DNA of 62,254 nucleotides from a virus: the IMG/VR virus record IMGVR_UViG_3300045988_101293, positions 1 through 62,254 of that record. One strand, given 5' to 3'. The notes under the pieces are model-generated. The model was not told the origin of the DNA. It saw only the letters and a program-made list of their open reading frames with translations, and did no database searches. Within the stretch, counting starts at the first letter, position 1. Every line of letters starts with the position of its first letter. Positions 1 to 7,444 of the stretch are shown piece by piece. The position numbers and the translations under genes were made by a program.

Positions 1-125
1 ACAGACAGAAGCATTGTTATAAACCTTAGCATAGTCAAATACATCAGCATTGCCATAGACAGAAGCATTGCCACAGACAGAAGCATAGCCACGGACTTTA
101 GCATCGCCACAGACCACAGCATTGC
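1..125. repeat. Terminal direct repeat (left copy), identical to 62130..62254; assembly overlap of a circular molecule
   Basis: Base-by-base comparison of the two window ends shows 125/125 identity. Confidence 0.95.
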
Positions 126-432
126 CATAGACCTTAGCATCACAATAGACCTCAGCATAGCCACGGACTTTAGCATCGCCACAGACCTCAGCATTGTTAT
201 AGACCTCAGCATCACAATAGACCTCAGCATTGTCATAGACCTTAGCATTACCATAGACTTTAGCATTGCCATATACCCAAGCGTTACCAAGTTGTGAGAG
301 ATTATTCTCGGATTGCACGAACCCTCCTTTATCGCCAGTCTTCACATCGGAAAAATCCATTAAAGCTTCAATTCGATAAAGTGTAAATCCTAAGTGTACA
401 ATCGTTTCATTCGTTAATTTGTACTTTTTCAT
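1..432 (-). CDS. Hexapeptide-repeat (beta-helix-like) protein, N-terminal part; continues across the circular junction into 62129..61776 (about 261 aa in total)
   Basis: ATG at 432..430. Translation starts MKKYKLTNETIVHLGFTLYRIEALMDFSDVKTGDKGGFVQSENNLSQLGNAWVYGNAKVYGNAKVYDNAEV. It is in frame with ORF 61776..62246 through the 125-nt overlap. Confidence 0.7.
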   Translation of the reverse strand, partial: MKKYKLTNETIVHLGFTLYRIEALMDFSDVKTGDKGGFVQSENNLSQLGNAWVYGNAKVYGNAKVYDNAEVYCDAEVYNNAEVCGDAKVRGYAEVYCDAKVYGNAVVCGDAKVRGYASVCGNASVYGNADVFDYAKVYNNASVC

Positions 433-617
433 TTTGATAGATGATTTCTTTTGTAATTATTAATTTGCTGAATGTCGCTCTCTGTGAGTATTGAGCTATC
501 GTAAGCATCAATCTCGTAAAGGTGCGCTGCAACGGTACGCGGAAACATTAGCTTACCGTCACATTTGCGCCTTGTCCATGCACTAACTTTGCTTGATATT
601 GTAGTCATGTTCTGCAA
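429..617 (-). CDS. Small Cys-containing protein, paralog of 57773..57970
   Basis: Shared motif RR[KR]CDG.L.[FY]PRTV.AHL.EI. Confidence 0.5.
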   Translation of the reverse strand: MQNMTTISSKVSAWTRRKCDGKLMFPRTVAAHLYEIDAYDSSILTESDIQQINNYKRNHLSK

Positions 618-912
618 TCATCTTTTCAAGTTGTTCTCTGTTATGCTCGGTAATGGCTTCGTATCTTCGGCCATCGTCATAGCCCTCGGCACGGCCCTTC
701 GCGTAACCTTCACGATAGCCTTCCTTGTGGCCGCGCTCACGTCCCATCGTGTAGCCTTCTTTAAAACGCGATTGGCGAAGGCGCGCCACTTCATCGGCAA
801 TTGCCTCTTCGGCTCGGTAGCGGCCGAGCTTATACGTGAACCGTAGCACGACATATAGGGTTGTGGAGTAAAGAAGGGCGTAAAAAAGAATAGTCAGTAC
901 GTCTTTTAACAT
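583..912 (-). CDS. Membrane-anchored protein with repeated (E/R)GY motifs
   Basis: N-terminal hydrophobic helix (ILFYALLYSTTLYVVL) followed by KEGYTMGRERGHKEGYREGYAKGRAEGYDDG. Confidence 0.45.
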   Translation of the reverse strand: MLKDVLTILFYALLYSTTLYVVLRFTYKLGRYRAEEAIADEVARLRQSRFKEGYTMGRERGHKEGYREGYAKGRAEGYDDGRRYEAITEHNREQLEKMIAEHDYNIKQS

Positions 913-924
913 GGGTATTATCGT

Positions 925-1110
925 TTATTGTTCTTTTTGCAGTTCGTCTAAGAGGTTTTGAGCGCAAGCACGCGCCCACCACGTTTCATTGTTGTTGATT
1001 GCGTCTGCACAAAATGTCTTAATTGTTATCCAGCCGAACCATTCACGGCCTTGCACGAACACGTTCAATATGCCGTCAATAATTTTTTCGTCTATTCTGA
1101 ATGATGTCAT
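925..1110 (-). CDS. Hypothetical early protein
   Basis: ORF tightly packed in the minus-strand operon; ATGA overlap with the upstream gene. Confidence 0.4.
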   Translation of the reverse strand: MTSFRIDEKIIDGILNVFVQGREWFGWITIKTFCADAINNNETWWARACAQNLLDELQKEQ

Positions 1111-1514
1111 AACTTATTGTGTGAAAGTTTCTCGTAAATGTGAATTTCTGATTTCATGCGCTTTAAGAAGTTGCGCACCATTTGTTGCCGTTCGTCCTTG
1201 TCTCCTACGCGGTCAACCATGAGCAGTAAAACATCTGCAAAGAAGTCGCTATCTTCGCAAGCGGTTTCAACATTTGGCACGTTATACATTTGTTGCGAGA
1301 CTTCTTGCCATGCTCTACGCGCTAAACGTGTCTGCTCTACAGCTCGTTTCCACTTCTGCTTTTCTTCGCGTTTAAAGTCCATGCCTAAACTACTGACACG
1401 GCTATAAGCGTCTAACAAAAATGTGTCTGTTACATCAGCCATGAGGAACGCAACATTGGTAAGAATGCGCAACTCATTAGGAATCTGATTAGTGGGTGCT
1501 AATTGCTCTTTCAT
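1107..1514 (-). CDS. Hypothetical early protein
   Basis: 135-aa ORF, co-oriented and tightly packed. Confidence 0.45.
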   Translation of the reverse strand: MKEQLAPTNQIPNELRILTNVAFLMADVTDTFLLDAYSRVSSLGMDFKREEKQKWKRAVEQTRLARRAWQEVSQQMYNVPNVETACEDSDFFADVLLLMVDRVGDKDERQQMVRNFLKRMKSEIHIYEKLSHNKL

Positions 1515-1539
1515 AGTTTGTAAATAACTTTCGTGTATC

Positions 1540-2115
1540 TCATCTAAAGGGGTGAAATGTGAAACCTACCTTGCGTGCCTTGTTTTCGACTTCAAGATTT
1601 CTTCTCGTGTCATCTGTGTAATAGAACACAAGAGAAATTTTTGCAGTTTCGGGTATATAATGCCTTCGCTTCATTGCTGTACGATACCATTTTCGTTTTT
1701 CGCTATAAGGCTCACGGAATCGAATCCTTGTTCTTTGGCTATCACCATTTAACAATCTTATGTATTCCATTCGTCTTGTTCTTCTAACCTTTTCTTGTAT
1801 AGTCTGCATCATTTCCTGCCACTTTTTCGTTTTATGGAAATTTCTGCCTCCAGCAAGGAATTTTTCAAAATCACTTTGTGATACGCATTTTGCAGCATGT
1901 CGGCAACATTGACTGATATATGCAGCATCTTTCTTTAATCCCAATGTTTGTGCAAATTTTACTACCGCTCTCTTTGAGCAACCTAAATTCTGAGCTATTG
2001 TATCGTTATCTGTTATTGGGAAATACTTCCTGAAATACGCTTCGCCCTGTTGGGTTAAGACAAATCTTTTGTAGGGGTTGTCATCCGTTATGTAGAGTTT
2101 GTTGAATTTATTCAT
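1540..2115 (-). CDS. HTH DNA-binding protein (paralog A of the 2108..2593 gene)
   Basis: Segment FPITDNDTIAQNLGCSKRAVVKFAQTLGLKKD looks like a helix-turn-helix. The C-terminal YYTDDTRR..KARKVGFTF matches paralog B. Confidence 0.5.
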   Translation of the reverse strand: MNKFNKLYITDDNPYKRFVLTQQGEAYFRKYFPITDNDTIAQNLGCSKRAVVKFAQTLGLKKDAAYISQCCRHAAKCVSQSDFEKFLAGGRNFHKTKKWQEMMQTIQEKVRRTRRMEYIRLLNGDSQRTRIRFREPYSEKRKWYRTAMKRRHYIPETAKISLVFYYTDDTRRNLEVENKARKVGFTFHPFR

Positions 2116-2593
2116 TTTTCTGCTTAAAAATGTACCCTAACTTCGTATAGGTTTTTTCTGTTTTTGTCGAACGTTTTGTTTCGTTGTTGTAGTAGATTAT
2201 ATTGCTATTACAATCAGTTTCGTACCCTTTAAGGCGCAAATAATAAAGCCTACGCGCTTTTTGCCTACATTCGCGAGGAGACATCAATGTGAGAATTTTT
2301 CTCGTTTTACGTGGCAAGTTATACTTGATTCTCAATTTTTCTAATCTCACCATATTGCGAATGCTTTGCTTCATGCGTTCCTTTGCCGTTTCTGTATGCA
2401 AGTGTTTCGCATTTCGCTTACCTTGTTGGCTCTTGATATGCATAAGTAAATCTTCGTTTTTTTTTAATTTTAGTTTTGCCGCTTTATTGCGTATCGCGTG
2501 AGCTGGCATATCAAGCAAAATGACAAGTTATTCCATTGTACATTCTGGATAGCATCTTATCAATGCTTGTTCTTGTTCTTTTGTACAATTCAT
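2108..2593 (-). pseudogene. HTH protein paralog B interrupted by an in-frame TAA (2530..2528); pseudogene or readthrough
   Basis: The ATG at 2593 gives MNCTKEQEQALIRCYPECTME, then TAA, then LVILLDMPAHAIRNKAAKLKLKK in the same frame. The alignment to paralog A continues across the stop. Confidence 0.6.
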
Positions 2594-2684
2594 TTTTTTG
2601 CGTTTTAGGCGTTCATTTTTGTTTAACCTTATAACTTATGCGTATGCAACATGAAATTGCGTTAGGCTTAAAATAAAGGCAGTT

Positions 2685-3362
2685 TTACGCGTTGTTTTGC
2701 ATTTGTTTCCATTCTTGAATTGACAAGCCTTGTTCGAAATAAGGTTTATATCGTTTCCATTCTTCGATATTCATCGTTTCGGCACTTTCGCGTTCTTTTG
2801 CTTCTGCTTGTCTTTTTCGTTCTTGCTCTTCTGTTTCGTGTTGTTCGATTATTTTCGCTCTATCGCGCAGAAACATTCTGAGTGAAGATGTTATTACAAG
2901 TGGGTCAACCGCGCCATAAAAACGCTCGTACCGTCCTCCTTTCATGAAAGCGAAGAAAAGCAACACTTCAGACATTTTCAGATAGAAGAAATCCGAAAGA
3001 ATAACTCTTGCAGTATCTTCAATTTGAAATGTAGTGAGTTTCTTTTTTACCCCCGTATATTCAGAAAAATCCTTGATTTGGATTGCAAGCCACAATTCAG
3101 CTTTGTTATCTCCAAATATGCGTTTAAAATCAACAAGCGTTGGACTATTACCTGTAACACAACGTTCTTTTTGTTTTGCGCATGTTGCTTGCATACTGGG
3201 GTTATAAACCGTCATAAGTTGTTCAGACGTCTTGTACTGCGAAAGGAAATTCATCTGTTTGGTCGTCAGAGAGCATTTTTTTTCTTGCGTATTCGGCAAA
3301 TTCTGCATCGCGCTTTTGCCGTTCAAGTTCATCTTGACTAAGTCGGTTGTAATTGCTTGCAT
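2685..3362 (-). CDS. Hypothetical replication-module protein (true start probably at an internal Met)
   Basis: 225-aa ORF. Its 5' 140 nt overlap the upstream gene, so a later Met (MNFLSQ...) is likely. Confidence 0.5.
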   Translation of the reverse strand: MQAITTDLVKMNLNGKSAMQNLPNTQEKKCSLTTKQMNFLSQYKTSEQLMTVYNPSMQATCAKQKERCVTGNSPTLVDFKRIFGDNKAELWLAIQIKDFSEYTGVKKKLTTFQIEDTARVILSDFFYLKMSEVLLFFAFMKGGRYERFYGAVDPLVITSSLRMFLRDRAKIIEQHETEEQERKRQAEAKERESAETMNIEEWKRYKPYFEQGLSIQEWKQMQNNA

Positions 3363-4089
3363 GATTATTTTGTCTTAGGTTAATTCTCAACCAATTGCAA
3401 AAGTGAGTTTTAACATCGGCAGTGCCGTTATGGTTCTTTTGCCCATTCATTATGCAATTCGTTTCGAAATCGTTTGTTTTCTGGATTACGTCCATTTTCG
3501 TTAAATGGAATTGAATCGCAACTATTTTTAACCACGAGTTATCGTGCCGTAATTCTTCAACTTCATTTCTTAAAAACGAAAATTCATCTTCTTTCGATGT
3601 CGGTGATGACGATGACGATGCCATAGATGATGATTCATCATCATCGTCATTTTTATTCTTGTTTTTATTCTTGTTTTTATTTTTATTTTTATTATTGTAT
3701 TCGCTCGTATCAGTCTGTATACATTCGCATTCATTCGTATTCGGTTGTATACGGCCGTATACATTCGTATTGTTTTTTTTACTTTCGCATTCACTCGTAT
3801 CAGTCTGTATACATTCGCATTCATTCGTATTTTTTTTCTTTTTCCAACGTGAAGCAATTGCTTTCCTTCTCTGTTCAAGATATGCTTCTTGCCTAAGCAT
3901 ATCGTTGTCAATAGATGTTCTTATGTTATCCATTAACGATTCAAGATAGTAAGCCATTTCGTCTGTTTCAAGTCCAAAAGCATACTTGCAAATCGCTTCA
4001 TACATTTGCAATTTTTCTTCGGGTGGTAAACGCTGTAATTGCGTATACCAGCGTTCGTAAAACACGAAACATTGTTCTTTATTCTTCAT
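3223..4089 (-). CDS. Replication-initiator-like protein whose coding sequence contains iterons and an AT-rich tract
   Basis: 288-aa ORF. The central low-complexity part (NECECIQTDTSE twice, NKNKNKNKNKNK, DDDDESSS) is encoded by DNA repeats. The arrangement resembles the ori inside lambda gene O. Confidence 0.5.
   Translation of the reverse strand: MKNKEQCFVFYERWYTQLQRLPPEEKLQMYEAICKYAFGLETDEMAYYLESLMDNIRTSIDNDMLRQEAYLEQRRKAIASRWKKKKNTNECECIQTDTSECESKKNNTNVYGRIQPNTNECECIQTDTSEYNNKNKNKNKNKNKNKNDDDDESSSMASSSSSPTSKEDEFSFLRNEVEELRHDNSWLKIVAIQFHLTKMDVIQKTNDFETNCIMNGQKNHNGTADVKTHFCNWLRINLRQNNHASNYNRLSQDELERQKRDAEFAEYARKKMLSDDQTDEFPFAVQDV
3626..3830. promoter_or_regulatory. Candidate replication origin: 8-bp inverted repeat, AT-rich tandem repeats, and a 37-bp direct repeat pair containing GTATACATTCG iterons
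   Basis: Inverted repeat gatgatga-t-tcatcatc at 3626..3642. Two copies of tttttattcttg followed by three ttttat-type short units (one tttttat, two ttttat) at 3650..3697. ctcgtatcagtctgtatacattcgcattcattcgtat occurs at 3704..3740 and again at 3794..3830. A third gtatacattcg lies near 3753. Confidence 0.5.
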
Positions 4090-4101
4090 TGTTTTGTTTT
4101 T

Positions 4102-4190
4102 AAAAAGGCAGCAACACGGAACTTAAAGCGAAAGGAGGAAAGAATGATACATCGTCATGTATCGACAGAAATACCATGCTGCTACCTTTT
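4102..4190. other. About 90-nt intergenic structured element (outer 11-bp stem with a bulge, inner perfect hairpin)
   Basis: aaaagg+cagca (4103..4113) pairs with tgctg+(ta)+cctttt (4177..4190). Inner hairpin gatacat-cgtc-atgtatc at 4146..4163. Confidence 0.35.
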
Positions 4191-4301
4191 GTTGTTAGTT
4201 ATTAAGTAGACTGTTCACTACTGTTTCGATATACGCTTCTGCCGCAATTATATTGCGCTTTCTGCGCTTCTCGAACGCGTGTGTTATATTTTCTATATAC
4301 A

Positions 4302-4556
4302 TCATAATTCACGCTGTTTTAACAAGTTCTCAATTTGTGAGCGCATGACCAGTACATTGCGCCCAATCTGAGAACACTGAATGTTGAATTTCTTGCGGTA
4401 GCTTACCCATGTGTTCGGAGTTATGCCGAGCATTTTGCAAGCCTCCTTTGTCCCTATCCACTCGTCTTGTGGTTTAAGACGTTCTTCAACTCGTTCAAGT
4501 ATTGATACAACACGCTGCCAGTCTTCCAGCGGTATTGATACGAATGTCTGTGTCAT
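4302..4556 (-). CDS. Small HTH DNA-binding protein (excisionase / MerR-like HTH type)
   Basis: EWIGTKEACKMLGITPNTWVSYRKKFNIQCSQIGRNVLVMRSQIENLL fits the excisionase-type HTH pattern. Confidence 0.5.
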   Translation of the reverse strand: MTQTFVSIPLEDWQRVVSILERVEERLKPQDEWIGTKEACKMLGITPNTWVSYRKKFNIQCSQIGRNVLVMRSQIENLLKQREL

Positions 4557-4569
4557 GGCTCATTGATTA

Positions 4570-5361
4570 TTAGTTTGCATTCATTATTTTATCAACAAGG
4601 CTGCAAACGTATTTGTCCGCTTTTATTACCTTGTCATTCAGCTCTCGTATAACGTCCTCGTCACGCATAATCTCGAGCGAATACAATGGCTTTCGCATGA
4701 ATGGGTTGTACACTACGAAGTACGTTTTAGTTGCTCCTGTGACAGCCATGTGAGCGAAGCACTGCCAATAGTAGTTCGCTTCTGCTTTCTTCAGTCCAGC
4801 AAGTTTTTCCTCGTAAGTGTCTTGTGTGAATACATTCTTGACGAACTTGATGAAATTTTGCGCTAACGGGCATTTAATCTCAATCGCGTAGAAGGCTTTT
4901 GCTTCGTTGTCGTAGTACATTCTGTCAGGCGAGCTTGAGAAGTTCGGCAGACTATCGCTCTTGACTGATGGTGGCTCGTCTAACTCAATCGGTGTGTTAG
5001 AACCATTGCCATACTTCTTGTTGTAGGTCTTAGCGAATAGATGTGCTGCTTCACCTTCCATTGTGTGTCCCCAATCAAGTATTTTGCTATGTACTTCTGT
5101 GATTGATAAGTACTCACTGAAAAGGTCATCGTTTTGCACAACGATAGGATTTAATGTGCGCTCAAATGCAATTACATTCAGGTAAGACTGAGCAGTTGTT
5201 GTCCATTCTTCTGATTTACTTCGCGGTGTACCCATAATGTTGCCAACCGCACTACCTGTTATATAGCCCAATCGCGAGCGATACCATTCTATGTTATTCT
5301 GATTGTTGTTGTCGTACATCGTTATTCGTTTTAAAGTCATGTATTGCAATTCTGTTACCAC
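4570..5361 (-). CDS. YqaJ-like (lambda-Exo-type PD-(D/E)XK) recombination exonuclease
   Basis: Motifs RLGYITGSAVGNIMG, WGHTMEGEAAHLF and SPDRMYYD...AIEIKCP. Lies directly downstream of the RecT-like gene. The true start is probably an internal Met near 5319. Confidence 0.75.
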   Translation of the reverse strand: MVTELQYMTLKRITMYDNNNQNNIEWYRSRLGYITGSAVGNIMGTPRSKSEEWTTTAQSYLNVIAFERTLNPIVVQNDDLFSEYLSITEVHSKILDWGHTMEGEAAHLFAKTYNKKYGNGSNTPIELDEPPSVKSDSLPNFSSSPDRMYYDNEAKAFYAIEIKCPLAQNFIKFVKNVFTQDTYEEKLAGLKKAEANYYWQCFAHMAVTGATKTYFVVYNPFMRKPLYSLEIMRDEDVIRELNDKVIKADKYVCSLVDKIMNAN

Positions 5362-6358
5362 TTCGTATTATAAGTGGTAAAGCAGTCTGTAAATATGATT
5401 TTGGAATACTAACTGCTTTTGTAAAACCTTTATCACTTGCATGGGTTCCGATGTTGTCCAGCACTTGTGCAATGGTTTCGGCATCTTGTTCGTATGCCTC
5501 ATAATAAGCGCCATAGTTAACAAGTAATATTACTTCGTTATGTTCCTTTTTTAGCATTTGCCATTCTTCTATTCCGAATGGCTTTTGCTCTTTTTGTTCT
5601 TGCTGTGCCTTTTGCGCTTGTTCAGCAACCGCTGTCAATGAAGGCCGTCCAATTTCGTCTGTCGGTACATCAACAACTTGCTTGGGTTCTTCGCGTACCT
5701 CAACAACTTGTGCATATTGGTCGTTGATTTCTTCTGTTGTCATCAGTCCCATGCTGATTTCGGGACAATACACGCGTTGCCAAAATGCAGCAGCTCTGTA
5801 TCGTAACATTTGACTTGGCATTGTTAGCCACTTGCTACCTGTCTTTGTGGTCCAGCCTTCTGCCTTTGCCATTTTCATGGTAATCCAATCACCGCAAAGT
5901 GGTTCTTTGTGTTTCGTGTCTGCTGCTTCATAAGCAATTGCACGACAACCATATTCATCTGTGCCTTCTTCGCCTTTAAATTCGTAACGCAATGGCGAAA
6001 AACGTTTGCTCGCGTTGATACACGCAATCAAGAACTTGCTACTGAATGAGGGTTGCCCATGTACGATATACAAGTTCTGCATCACCATGAGTGGATTAGC
6101 TTGCATACGTGTTGCCATCTCAAGTGCAATCGTGCAGTTAGCGATTACTGATTGTGCATCAAGTGGCTGCTTGTTTTTAAACTTGTAAGAGTCGGGGATA
6201 AAAGAAGAAACAGCATACATACGTGCAATTCGCATGGTAGCTTCGAATTGCTTAACTTGCTGCCCGATAGGAGTTAAATCAAAATCGGCCTCTCTTTTAA
6301 TTTGCAAGAGCTTTATTTCTTGCTCTTGCTGTGTTGTTTGTACTACAGGATTGTCCAT
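5294..6358 (-). CDS. recT: RecT-family single-strand annealing protein with a C-terminal MutS-domain-I-like extension
   Basis: Start MDNPVVQTTQQ at 6358. The core (MATRMQANPLMVMQNLYIVHGQPSFSSKFLIACINASKRF) is RecT-like. The C-terminal 83 aa (5333..5581) align by eye to the MutS mismatch-binding domain. Confidence 0.7.
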   Translation of the reverse strand: MDNPVVQTTQQEQEIKLLQIKREADFDLTPIGQQVKQFEATMRIARMYAVSSFIPDSYKFKNKQPLDAQSVIANCTIALEMATRMQANPLMVMQNLYIVHGQPSFSSKFLIACINASKRFSPLRYEFKGEEGTDEYGCRAIAYEAADTKHKEPLCGDWITMKMAKAEGWTTKTGSKWLTMPSQMLRYRAAAFWQRVYCPEISMGLMTTEEINDQYAQVVEVREEPKQVVDVPTDEIGRPSLTAVAEQAQKAQQEQKEQKPFGIEEWQMLKKEHNEVILLVNYGAYYEAYEQDAETIAQVLDNIGTHASDKGFTKAVSIPKSYLQTALPLIIRSGNRIAIHDFKTNNDVRQQQSE

Positions 6359-6392
6359 TTTGTTTTGTTTTTTTGAGTGGTTAATACATTTG

Positions 6393-6487
6393 TGCCAACC
6401 GAAGGAATCGAACCCTCGAACGCTATAAATAAGCAACATTACTAACTTTAAACTCAATCATGGATTTTGCGTTGAACCTTCGTTGAC
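6393..6487 (-). ncRNA. tRNA-like element 1: canonical T-arm (GAGGG-TTCGATT-CCTTC) but no foldable cloverleaf
   Basis: The minus strand reads ...GCGTTCGAGGGTTCGATTCCTTCGGTTGGCACA. The only 5' partner for the acceptor side (GTCAACG, 6/7 pairs) gives a 94-nt molecule. The middle forms a long imperfect hairpin, not D or anticodon arms. Confidence 0.3.
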
Positions 6488-6511
6488 TTTTGCCCCTTTT
6501 GGAGCAATGGA

Positions 6512-6694
6512 TTACAACTTTATTTCAATTTCGATGCATTCTCCAATTTTGAGAAGATTGTTATCAAACATTCTTGTTAATTCGTAATTTGTGTAAGCCG
6601 TTTTAGGATAAAATTCATTCGTTTTTTTATCCCAAATGGGTTTACTATCAAACAAGAACATGCCGCCAGTATCTTTTGCTAAGAATAGTTTCAT
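6512..6694 (-). CDS. Hypothetical small protein
   Basis: 60-aa ORF overlapping the upstream gene stop. Confidence 0.4.
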   Translation of the reverse strand: MKLFLAKDTGGMFLFDSKPIWDKKTNEFYPKTAYTNYELTRMFDNNLLKIGECIEIEIKL

Positions 6695-6918
6695 ATTTCC
6701 ATTGTTTGTTGTTTGCTTTTAGTTTTGTAAATGCCATGTCTTGTTAAGATCTGGCGCACTCCTTGACCTGTTATGCCTTGTTTGTCGGCAACGTACACCA
6801 TGCATCGCCATGCCGATACTTCTGGGTGTTCCTTCTTAACAGAAAGATATTCATTGATAACCTTTTTATGCATGGCTTCTGTCTTCAGTTGATTATCCGT
6901 TTTTAATCTTGCACTCAT
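6691..6918 (-). CDS. Small protein, possibly HTH DNA-binding
   Basis: ADKQGITGQGVRQILTRHGIY resembles an HTH recognition helix. Confidence 0.4.
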   Translation of the reverse strand: MSARLKTDNQLKTEAMHKKVINEYLSVKKEHPEVSAWRCMVYVADKQGITGQGVRQILTRHGIYKTKSKQQTMEI

Positions 6919-6920
6919 AA

Positions 6921-7193
6921 TTAATCTTCTTTTAAAATGTTTTTAATAAAATCCTGAATTACATCGGGCAATAACTTCTCGTTATACATCGCAATACCAA
7001 TCGCATAAGAAGCTATATAAACAGGTATTGAAAGTGTACATATAATTTTGTTTATTGATTGATATTCGTTACATACGTTGCCTATGTAGAGCATTGTTGT
7101 TGCTGTTGCAAATAGCAACAAAACAACTGTCATGTTAACCCATTTCATAATTGGTTGTAAAAGATTTTTATCTGTACTTTGATTAATATTCAA
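6921..7193 (-). CDS. Small integral membrane protein
   Basis: Two or three hydrophobic helices (MTVVLLLFATATTMLYIG; LSIPVYIASYAIGIAMY). Confidence 0.45.
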   Translation of the reverse strand: MNINQSTDKNLLQPIMKWVNMTVVLLLFATATTMLYIGNVCNEYQSINKIICTLSIPVYIASYAIGIAMYNEKLLPDVIQDFIKNILKED

Positions 7194-7422
7194 TTACGTA
7201 AAATTTAGTAGCGTCATCATCAAGCAACCACATAGCTATGTCATCGCAAGTGTCTTTAGTAAGATATTCTTGTGGGATACCATAGCTGCAACGTTGAAGC
7301 TCGTCAAGTATAACACCTACGATTTCGTCTTGCCCAATGTTGCTAATGTTTTCTTCTTCTTCGGACGAAATAGCGAAGGTTTTAACTTCGTCATCGTTTC
7401 TTTGTAATGTTAAGTTTGCCAT
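7183..7422 (-). CDS. Small acidic protein
   Basis: 79-aa Asp/Glu-rich ORF in the early operon. Confidence 0.4.
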   Translation of the reverse strand: MANLTLQRNDDEVKTFAISSEEEENISNIGQDEIVGVILDELQRCSYGIPQEYLTKDTCDDIAMWLLDDDATKFYVIEY

Positions 7423-7444
7423 TTTCTTTGAGTTTTATTATTTG

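Noticed and set aside
3650-3697. AT-rich microsatellite (tttttattcttg / ttttat repeats) as an assembly artifact or CRISPR-like repeat
   Set aside because: It stays in frame (the NKNKNK tract) within a continuous ORF and sits next to iterons. A replication-origin unwinding element is the better reading.
4128-4200. GGAGG followed by ATG and a 23-codon plus-strand ORF
   Set aside because: Bacteroidota translation does not rely on Shine-Dalgarno pairing. The ORF is tiny, lies inside a structured intergenic element and is antisense to the operon.
6393-6430. tRNA 3' fragment at 6.4 kb as the attP core
   Set aside because: It lies 2.5 kb from int with the repressor and early genes in between. A repeat-rich non-coding region directly abuts int. 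It remains an alternative to test.
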